A stretch of DNA of 64,000 nucleotides from Candidatus Adlerbacteria bacterium (GTDB lineage: Bacteria; Patescibacteriota; Minisyncoccia; Phycocordibacterales; SBAW01). The notes beneath the pieces are model-generated. The model saw only the letters and a list, made by a program, of their open reading frames with translations. It was not told the origin of the DNA and searched no databases. The stretch lies in contig CAINNF010000007.1 in assembly GCA_903851045.1 (NCBI GenBank), positions 11,289 through 75,288 of the forward strand, read 5' to 3'. Positions within the stretch are counted from its first letter, which is position 1, and the number at the start of each line of letters is the position of its first letter. The translations under genes and the position numbers were made by a program. This document shows positions 57,494-64,000 of this stretch, piece after piece.

Positions 57494-58081
57494 ATGGACC
57501 CCGTCATGTTTCGCCGCGGCATGTCAGTGTATATTCGCCCGATTGAGCGGGCTGATATACCCTTGATGTTGCGCGGGATTAACAACCCGGATGTGACCGA
57601 ACACCTTGCGCGAGTCTTTCCTGCTTACGAAGCAGAAGAAGAGGATTTGGTGGCAGGCCTCCACAAGAACACCACGGGCTATATGTTCGCCATCGTACTT
57701 CTCGAGGATCACCGGGTCATCGGGGTCATCGGGCTGCATGGTATTAAATGGCCGAATCGTACCGCGACGACGGGGACCGCTATCTGGAGTACTGACGACC
57801 AGGGGCGGGGGTATGGTACCGAAGCGAAGATGTTGTTACTCGACTTCGCTTTCAACGCGCTCGACCTGCTTATGATCCAATCGCTTGTGCGTGCGTCAAA
57901 TGGTCGGAGCCTCCGCTATGCAGACAAGTGTGGCTACAAGGAGGTCGGGCGCATCCCGCAGTGGCTGCGATGCCAGGACGGCGACGGGCGAGATGACGAG
58001 GTGATACTCATCGTGAGTCAGGAGCGGTGGCGTCCGCTGTGGCTCGACTACAAGGCGAAACGCGACGCCAACAAGATGTAG
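57494..58081 (+). CDS. GNAT acetyltransferase (RimJ/RimL-like)
   Basis: QGRGYGTEAKMLLLDFAFN, SNGRS..KCGYKEVG; preceded by AGGAG. Confidence 0.9.
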   Translation: MDPVMFRRGMSVYIRPIERADIPLMLRGINNPDVTEHLARVFPAYEAEEEDLVAGLHKNTTGYMFAIVLLEDHRVIGVIGLHGIKWPNRTATTGTAIWSTDDQGRGYGTEAKMLLLDFAFNALDLLMIQSLVRASNGRSLRYADKCGYKEVGRIPQWLRCQDGDGRDDEVILIVSQERWRPLWLDYKAKRDANKM

Positions 58082-58097
58082 GGTGACGCCTAAACAT

Positions 58098-58125
58098 CAA
58101 AGCGCCGGAGGAATCCGGCGCTTTT
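58098..58125. terminator. Bidirectional terminator
   Basis: AAAGCGCCGGA-GGAA-TCCGGCGCTTTT between convergent genes. Confidence 0.75.
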
Positions 58126-58149
58126 AACTGTTCCTGTGAACGAATAGTC

Positions 58150-58407
58150 TTATGAAAGATGCTTCGAAACGAGCTTCGTCATCTCGAACATGTTCACGGT
58201 CGCTTTGCCGCCGAAGACCTTTTTGAGCGCCTCGTCTGCATTGATATTGCGCTTGTTCTTCGCGTCCTGGAGGTCATGCTTCTTGATGTATGCCCAAAGT
58301 TTCTTCACGACCTCAGAGCGAGGTAGGGGGCCCTTGCCGACGACCGCAGCGAGTTCTTCGCTGACGGCGAGCGGCTTCATGAACGCGGATGTTGCTTTTG
58401 TTGCCAT
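58150..58407 (-). CDS. Stand-alone SWIB/MDM2 domain protein
   Basis: SEELAAVVG..PRSEVVKKLWAYIKKHDLQDAKNKRNINADEALKKVF. Confidence 0.92.
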   Translation of the reverse strand: MATKATSAFMKPLAVSEELAAVVGKGPLPRSEVVKKLWAYIKKHDLQDAKNKRNINADEALKKVFGGKATVNMFEMTKLVSKHLS

Positions 58408-58521
58408 ATTTTATTAGTTATTCTAAAAACCCACCCATCATAACATCCTGTGTCGCTTTGGCTAGTAGCCTGTCCACCCCACCCATGTTCCTGTGTGGTG
58501 GCGAGACAAAGCCCTCATGCG

Positions 58522-59115
58522 TTATCGCGGTGTCATCCACAAAAAGCTCGTGAAGTTCTCCGCCATATCTTGGAGCCCTTCGGCGAGGATGTCGAGACCG
58601 AACAGCTCCGCACAGACACGCGAGGCGATGACGGCGGTCGAGCGGGGGAGTTCGCCACGAGCGAGCGCTCCTGCGGCGGTCGCTTGGTCAACGAGGATAC
58701 CTTCGCCCGATGCCAATTGCTTGTTGTGATACTTGCGTGCGAGCGTACCTTGGGTCTGCGCGAGCGCCTGGGGGTGCGAAAGGATGGTGTCGATCTCGGT
58801 GATGGTGACGCCGGGCACGCCCAGGAGCGCATGGTTGATGATGATCTGGAAGTACGACTCGATCTTGCAGTTGAACTCCGACAACGCATGCACCGTCTCC
58901 CACACCAAGCCGCCGAGCGAGTTCTCGATAGCGGCGACACCAAAGTCCACTTCGCGCGCCTCCAGCGCCTTCAGTACGCGGTCGGAGGTATAGAGATACA
59001 CGATCTCGTAGTCGGTGATGGTATTGTCTTTGCAGTATGTCCGACAAGCCTCCTCGTTGAAGCTCCCTTTCCCGCCCTGTATGCCGATCCTTATTTTTTT
59101 CTGTATGTTGGTCAC
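58522..59115 (-). CDS. Prephenate dehydratase catalytic-domain protein (no ACT domain)
   Basis: IQGGKGSFNEEA, AIENSLGG, SHPQALAQ, QDMAENFTSF; GTG start inferred. Confidence 0.85.
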   Translation of the reverse strand: MTNIQKKIRIGIQGGKGSFNEEACRTYCKDNTITDYEIVYLYTSDRVLKALEAREVDFGVAAIENSLGGLVWETVHALSEFNCKIESYFQIIINHALLGVPGVTITEIDTILSHPQALAQTQGTLARKYHNKQLASGEGILVDQATAAGALARGELPRSTAVIASRVCAELFGLDILAEGLQDMAENFTSFLWMTPR

Positions 59116-59233
59116 GTATTCTCTTGTATCACACAACACACCTGTTATCCACCGTCGTAAGTGATATGTTGGTGACCATAAGTTGTGCCGCTGAATGGTT
59201 GTGGTAGCTTGTCCGTGGAAGGAGTCCTTAGAC

Positions 59234-59473
59234 ATGGTGCGAATACAAGAGATTGTCGAGAGTATCCCCGAAGACCCTCAAGAGGCGGATGATCCAGTGG
59301 TTTTCTTGGTTCAGCTGAGGGCGTGTGGGTTCGGGACCCAGCTGCCTGCATCGTTGGAAGAGGAGTATATAGGCCACTTCAAACTTCGACGGGCGTATCG
59401 TATCCTGCGCCGCATTGGCGAAGCGGGTGGTAGGGATTTCTATCTGCGTATCCAAATGAAGCCGCTTGCCTAA
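59234..59473 (+). CDS. Small hypothetical protein
   Basis: AAGGAG upstream; terminator-like hairpin at ~59490-59520. Confidence 0.5.
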   Translation: MVRIQEIVESIPEDPQEADDPVVFLVQLRACGFGTQLPASLEEEYIGHFKLRRAYRILRRIGEAGGRDFYLRIQMKPLA

Positions 59474-59555
59474 GTTAGGTTGGTGTGACAAGGCTCGATC
59501 CCTGCGGTCGGGCCTTTTTTAGACCCGTTCTTTTTGGAGCATGTCGGCGTCTCCT

Positions 59556-59933
59556 TCAACTCAATAATTTTTTGATAATCAACACCGCGACGAAGGTCTC
59601 CAGAAGGCTCAACGGCACGGCTGCCCACAAGGTAGCGAGAGGGAGTATGCCGAGATCACCGAGCGAGATCCACATGAGCGGGAAGGCGGCGAACCACGCG
59701 ACCAGCGTAGCCCGGCGTGCGTCGTATTTTTTTGAAATGAGGTAGACAAATGTTGCGAACGCAAGCGACCAAACACCCCACACTGCGCCGTTGATCGGTG
59801 CGTCGGGGAAGGTGAGTCCGAGCGCGCGGTAGTGCGCGACCCACAGAGACTTCACGAGCACCTCATTGCGAAAGAATTCTGAAAGGCTGATCCACCCGGT
59901 CGCAGCGATGATGGGGATGATGCTTTTGTACAT
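59556..59933 (-). CDS. Four-TM membrane protein
   Basis: Hydrophobic 125-aa ORF starting MYKSIIP. Confidence 0.7.
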   Translation of the reverse strand: MYKSIIPIIAATGWISLSEFFRNEVLVKSLWVAHYRALGLTFPDAPINGAVWGVWSLAFATFVYLISKKYDARRATLVAWFAAFPLMWISLGDLGILPLATLWAAVPLSLLETFVAVLIIKKLLS

Positions 59934-60109
59934 ATAGCCTATTGGCGGGCCGCTCACAGTCAGTACTCCCGACCCCAAGCACCATAAGGATATTTTAGCT
60001 TCTTTTTCGGCGGCTTGCTGAGGCCTCAACAGCAGGGGTCATTTTTTGAAAAGCGGACAAATCGGACACTAGAATCGGACATCTAAGTGTCCGATTTTTG
60101 AAGTCCCTT

Positions 60110-61549
60110 CTAGGTTATGATTTGCGCCAGCCCCTCCGTGGCGACAAAGTCGAAGTCTTGCCGCCGTAGGTCCACGGCGAGCTCGCCATACTTCCGCACC
60201 AAATTGCCGAAGCGTTCCTGAAGGCGTTGCTTGAATTCATCCGGTCCCAAAACACCCAAAGCCTTCCCGACTTGCCCCGCAACTGTCCGGTTGCGAGTGC
60301 GCTGAAGGAACAGTGGGATGGTTTGCAGATAAATGCATGTCCACGGATTCCATCCAAAGTGCGGCCCCGGCGTCTTTGGTGGTAACTCGCCGCGTAGGAA
60401 AAGGAAAAGGTCGGCTGCCATAAAGTCCTCGAACGGCAGCACGGCGGCCAGGCCGCCGGTGGTATGGCGCGCTTTTAGGATATCCGCGCGGAGAGAGATC
60501 CTACCTTTTTTCTTGCTTTCATCGCCAAGCAACGGAAGGTGGCGCGAGGCGTAATCCCACGTTACCTCTCCGGCGCCTCCCCTCGCATTGCGCAGGTATG
60601 GCACCGGGATGGGCTCGTCGAGTATTCGAGCGAGCATGTCCCAGCGCTGTTCACGAATCATGAACGCCATGAGTGTGACGAATAGCTCGTGGCCGATGAA
60701 TCTGAAGTAATCATAATCACCCTCGCTTACAAGGCCGTTACGGAAGTCCTTCGACAATTCATAGTGTTCAAATATCTTTCCGAACCAGCGGTATGTATCG
60801 AGCGCGCAGTCGAGGTCGCCTATGACCGCAATGGTCTCGGCGATGCGCGAGAATCTGGCGACGGCTTCCTGCGTCTTTCCGATTGCGTCGACAAGCTCGT
60901 CCGCTGTTCCGCTGCTGCTGTGTTTCCTCGGCTGCAACGACACCAGTTCCTTCAGTATTTGGTCGAGATCGCGACGAAGCACGATGACTTTATTCGGACG
61001 TGCGTTCTCTATCGCTTCTACCGAAGGAATGGACGGCGCAGGATCTTCCGGGACTGCTTCAAGGGCAACGCGGAGGGCTTCCTCGAGCTGGTCTCTCAAC
61101 TTTTTTCTCTCCGCCGCGCGGTCTGTGACATTCGCCGGCATGTTGTATGGGAGTAAGCGGCGACCTCGTAGGTCGAAAGGCAAATCTGGGAAGTCGCCGA
61201 ATGCCGTATTAAAAACGGGAATGACTCGCTCATATCCGAGCGTCTTGACCGCATACCCAAGCTCAATGAGAACGTTCGGATTCGGCGTCGGGCGCTGCCC
61301 CTCGGCCTTAGTGGTGATGGTGACGTCAGCTACGAAAACGTTCGAGGCCGATATTTTGGCGAAAATCGTCGAGGCGATGTCAGGCGAACCAGGTACGTTT
61401 TGCGTATCGCGATCAAGGACCGGCTCGACGGCGACCGTATCGTCTGCGGCGATAGCGGCGACTGCTTCTTCGAGCGCTTTTTGGATGAACGAACGGTTGC
61501 CGCCGTTCGGCAGATCGGATTGCCATGAGTAGAAAACGATTCGTCGCAT
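60110..61549 (-). CDS. TIR-like / nucleoside-deoxyribosyltransferase-like domain protein
   Basis: VFYSWQSD, GSPDIASTIFAKI, FVADVT, PNPNVLIELGYA, LPFDLR. Confidence 0.75.
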   Translation of the reverse strand: MRRIVFYSWQSDLPNGGNRSFIQKALEEAVAAIAADDTVAVEPVLDRDTQNVPGSPDIASTIFAKISASNVFVADVTITTKAEGQRPTPNPNVLIELGYAVKTLGYERVIPVFNTAFGDFPDLPFDLRGRRLLPYNMPANVTDRAAERKKLRDQLEEALRVALEAVPEDPAPSIPSVEAIENARPNKVIVLRRDLDQILKELVSLQPRKHSSSGTADELVDAIGKTQEAVARFSRIAETIAVIGDLDCALDTYRWFGKIFEHYELSKDFRNGLVSEGDYDYFRFIGHELFVTLMAFMIREQRWDMLARILDEPIPVPYLRNARGGAGEVTWDYASRHLPLLGDESKKKGRISLRADILKARHTTGGLAAVLPFEDFMAADLFLFLRGELPPKTPGPHFGWNPWTCIYLQTIPLFLQRTRNRTVAGQVGKALGVLGPDEFKQRLQERFGNLVRKYGELAVDLRRQDFDFVATEGLAQIIT

Positions 61550-61706
61550 ACGGATATAATGCGCCTCTAGATAGGATTTTGCAAAATCCAGGCTAAACGC
61601 GAAAAAAGGGGTATGCCTCAGCATATCTCCGATACTTTTTTCTTCGGGCGGTATTTATTGTACAAAATTCGAACCTTTTTTGAAAGCAATCCCGACGAGG
61701 AAATCT

Positions 61707-61878
61707 GAAACAATGCGGACGAAGTTTTGCGGAAACAATTTTCTGGGGAAAGGATTCCGCAAAACTTCGGCTGATTCTTTTTTCCTGAATTTGGATGTCG
61801 CAAGCGGAGGAGGAGGGGTCTGGGGAGGAATCCTCCGCTTGCTCCTCTTTTTGTTTTGGCGAAATTCGGGCGGGCTAA
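61707..61878 (+). repeat. Left copy of a long inverted repeat (at least 172 bp)
   Basis: Reverse complement of 63829-64000 with 3 mismatches. Confidence 0.95.
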
Positions 61879-62550
61879 CTATTTTAATACTCGATAAATT
61901 TCAGCAAGTAAAACATCAAGGTCGTTTGAAAAATCAACTTGATTGGAATTTGGCAAAACTTCTTTTTTTCTAATTTGTGTATGCAAATGCGAATCAGATA
62001 TTTTTCTTGACGAATTATCTAAATTTTTCATTGACTCCTTAAAACTTTTACTACCATGATTATTTGCAACTTCTGTAAAAGAAGTTTTGCCAAAGATTGG
62101 AGGAATATGGTCAGCAATAGCTCTAACGAGCATTGCTGTTGATAAAAAGTTTTCAAGCGAAAAAGCAGTATTTAATTCTTCGCAAAATCGGATAAGTTTT
62201 GTAATATCATAATTATCATTTTTAATTGTTTTCAGTTCCTTGATTCTATTTTGATTTACAAAGTTATAAGCTCCCGATTTTGCAATCTGCTTTTTCGGTT
62301 TTATGTTTTTGTAAAGCTCAATTACATATGAACGACGCTCGGCATAAGTACCCATTTTCTTCTTTTTCCAAAAACTATAAAACTCCCACAAATCAGAAAA
62401 ACTATTCGGATTTTTCTGATTTGTGTTTGAAAAAATATCATCAAGCTCACGAAATAACTTTTTATATTCGTCATTTGTGTCCTGAATTTTTGCTTGACCA
62501 GTAGCAACATCAGTCATTATTGATTTTATTTTTTCAATTAGTTCATTCAT
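61879..62550 (-). CDS. Abi-like protein (AbiJ-type N-terminus, possible HEPN-like C-terminus)
   Basis: N-terminal DVATG..IQDTNDEY..NPNSFSDLWEFYSFW..TYAERRSYV; C-terminal STAMLVRAI..RKISDSHLH. Confidence 0.5.
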   Translation of the reverse strand: MNELIEKIKSIMTDVATGQAKIQDTNDEYKKLFRELDDIFSNTNQKNPNSFSDLWEFYSFWKKKKMGTYAERRSYVIELYKNIKPKKQIAKSGAYNFVNQNRIKELKTIKNDNYDITKLIRFCEELNTAFSLENFLSTAMLVRAIADHIPPIFGKTSFTEVANNHGSKSFKESMKNLDNSSRKISDSHLHTQIRKKEVLPNSNQVDFSNDLDVLLAEIYRVLK

Positions 62551-62870
62551 AAATCTTCAAGGGGATAGACATCAAAAGCAACCTCCTCGTAAGGATGAAC
62601 ACTTTTAACCTTTTCTATTACCGAGCTTAAAATCTCTCGCGATAAAACAACCTCTATTCTTTCTTCTTCTACTGATTCATATTTCCCTGATTCACCAATA
62701 CTAGGGTTAGAGTTTTCGTTACCACGAAAACGACCTACTCCCCGAGTAGAAAAAGAACAAAAATCATAATTCCCAATTTTTCCTGCTCCTGCTTCACCAA
62801 GCACTTGGCGAACAATATCGCAGTGACTTAATGGAACAAACACAACAAGTTTTACATTCTTTGTATTCAT
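62547..62870 (-). CDS. YqfO/NIF3 PII-like insertion-domain protein
   Basis: KLVVFVP, AGAGKIGNYDFCSF, HPYEEVAFDVYPL. Confidence 0.85.
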   Translation of the reverse strand: MNTKNVKLVVFVPLSHCDIVRQVLGEAGAGKIGNYDFCSFSTRGVGRFRGNENSNPSIGESGKYESVEEERIEVVLSREILSSVIEKVKSVHPYEEVAFDVYPLEDL

Positions 62871-62874
62871 AAAT

Positions 62875-63543
62875 TTATTCCAAATCACTTTTTCCGATAT
62901 TACATACCGAGCAAAGTGTTTGAAGATTTTCCAAAACTGTTTCACCACCATTCGCCCATGCTTTAATGTGGTCAACATGAAGAATAATACTTGGGTCAGT
63001 TGCGGGCGCCCGTCCGCAATTTTTACATTTGAAATTATCTCGCCTCATAACAACAAAACGAATTCGCCAATTTATTGTTCTTGCTGTTTTATGTCTTGCA
63101 CTCGGCTCAACTTCTAAACTTTTAATAGCTTCCTCGGACGAGGCATTTTCTTCATTATTGATATAAGCGACAAACTTTTCCAAAGCATCACGCCAACCAC
63201 CAAAACGATTATCATATGTTCCTGCACTATATTTTGAAAGTGGTTTTTGTATTTCTTGGTAGCGTGGTTGTCGTCCAAGTTTTAGCCAGATTTCTTCAAT
63301 ATTCTTAAAAAGCTCCTCTTCAGAAATATTAAGAGGGCTTCTCGTGTTTTCTAAACCAGCCAATTCAAGCGCTTTGAACCAACCGCCAAAACGACGAGTT
63401 ATTGTGGTGGCGTGATAGGCTCCTCGCTCATTGTACTTATCAATCGTAGGGCTTTCTCCCAGATCAATAGCAACTCGCTTTATGTCAGCAATGAGCGTTT
63501 CATCAGGGGTATTACGATTGTAACTATCAAGCTCAAATTTCAT
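62875..63543 (-). CDS. HNH endonuclease with two homing-endonuclease-associated repeats
   Basis: RRFGGWFKAL and NRFGGWRDAL repeats; RDNFKCKNCG..LHVDHIK..GG..NLQTLCSVCN. Confidence 0.9.
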   Translation of the reverse strand: MKFELDSYNRNTPDETLIADIKRVAIDLGESPTIDKYNERGAYHATTITRRFGGWFKALELAGLENTRSPLNISEEELFKNIEEIWLKLGRQPRYQEIQKPLSKYSAGTYDNRFGGWRDALEKFVAYINNEENASSEEAIKSLEVEPSARHKTARTINWRIRFVVMRRDNFKCKNCGRAPATDPSIILHVDHIKAWANGGETVLENLQTLCSVCNIGKSDLE

Positions 63544-63547
63544 AAAA

Positions 63548-63751
63548 TTATTTAATCAACTCCTCAATGTCTACACTGAGAGCCTTGGCGATTTTGCTCA
63601 CCACAAAAACCGAAGGTTTCTTGATGACACCTGTTTCGACCTTTGTAAGCGTTGTGTAGGGAACATCCGCTTTACGAGCAAAATCATCTTGGGATAGACC
63701 AAGTTTTTGTCGTAATTTCTTTATTTTTTGACCTAGTTGATTACTTTCCAT
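63548..63751 (-). CDS. XRE-family HTH regulator
   Basis: IKKLRQKLGLSQDDFARKADVPYTTLTKVETG. Confidence 0.92.
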   Translation of the reverse strand: MESNQLGQKIKKLRQKLGLSQDDFARKADVPYTTLTKVETGVIKKPSVFVVSKIAKALSVDIEELIK

Positions 63752-63828
63752 ATATTGATACCATAATATTGTTGCTTATTTCTACTTGCAGTATTATAAT
63801 AACAAATATGAGAGTATTTTTCAATTTT

Positions 63829-64000
63829 TTAGCCCGCCCGAATTTCGCCAAAACAAAAAGAGGAGCAAGCGGAGGATTCCTCCCCAGACCCCTCCTCCTC
63901 CGCTTGCGACATCCGAATTCAGAAAAAATGAATCAGCCGAAGTTTTGCGGAATCCTTTCCCCAGAAAATTGTTTCCGCAAAACTTCGTCCGCATTGTTTC
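63829..64000 (-). repeat. Right copy of the long inverted repeat (runs off the window)
   Basis: Matches 61707-61878 in reverse orientation. Confidence 0.95.

Noticed and set aside
1-64000. CRISPR array, rRNA, reverse transcriptase/DGR/retron, IS transposase
   Set aside because: No regularly spaced repeat-spacer pattern and no rRNA, RT or DDE motifs were seen. The 138-nt repeat at 5595/5784 differs by one base and has no RT nearby, so it is not a DGR TR/VR pair.

Overview
Bacterial chromosome segment spanning the replication origin (jag-yidC-rnpA-rpmH <> dnaA-oriC-dnaN). Gene content and style suggest Patescibacteria/CPR, probably Parcubacteria-like; this is an inference. The supporting signs are compact housekeeping genes, a PrgI/VirB4/VirB6-like secretion cluster, a stand-alone PilB and SWIB protein, and -10 boxes placed directly before start codons. 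Housekeeping genes include pcrA, rsmA, a class A PBP, tyrS, ruvABC, yebC, tsaE, polA, a holA-like gene, murE, rpsT, lexA plus a Y-family polymerase, and three tRNAs. Main observations: (1) A ~6.9 kb large-serine-recombinase island sits at the 3' end of tRNA-Lys. Its attachment core lies inside the recombinase gene. The integrated enzyme ends in 11 aa read from the tRNA antisense strand. Excision at a shared GGAC core would restore the tRNA CCA and fuse an alternative 38-aa tail in frame. (2) A family of palindromic elements with a conserved core and covarying arms is inserted in frame in polA and the holA-like gene and between pcrA and rsmA, with an unrelated palindrome inside pcrA. (3) An AT-rich XRE-HNH-NIF3-like-Abi-like cassette is bracketed by inverted repeats of at least 172 bp. 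(4) There are several candidate structured RNAs or leaders. All calls come from motif reading only; no searches were run.
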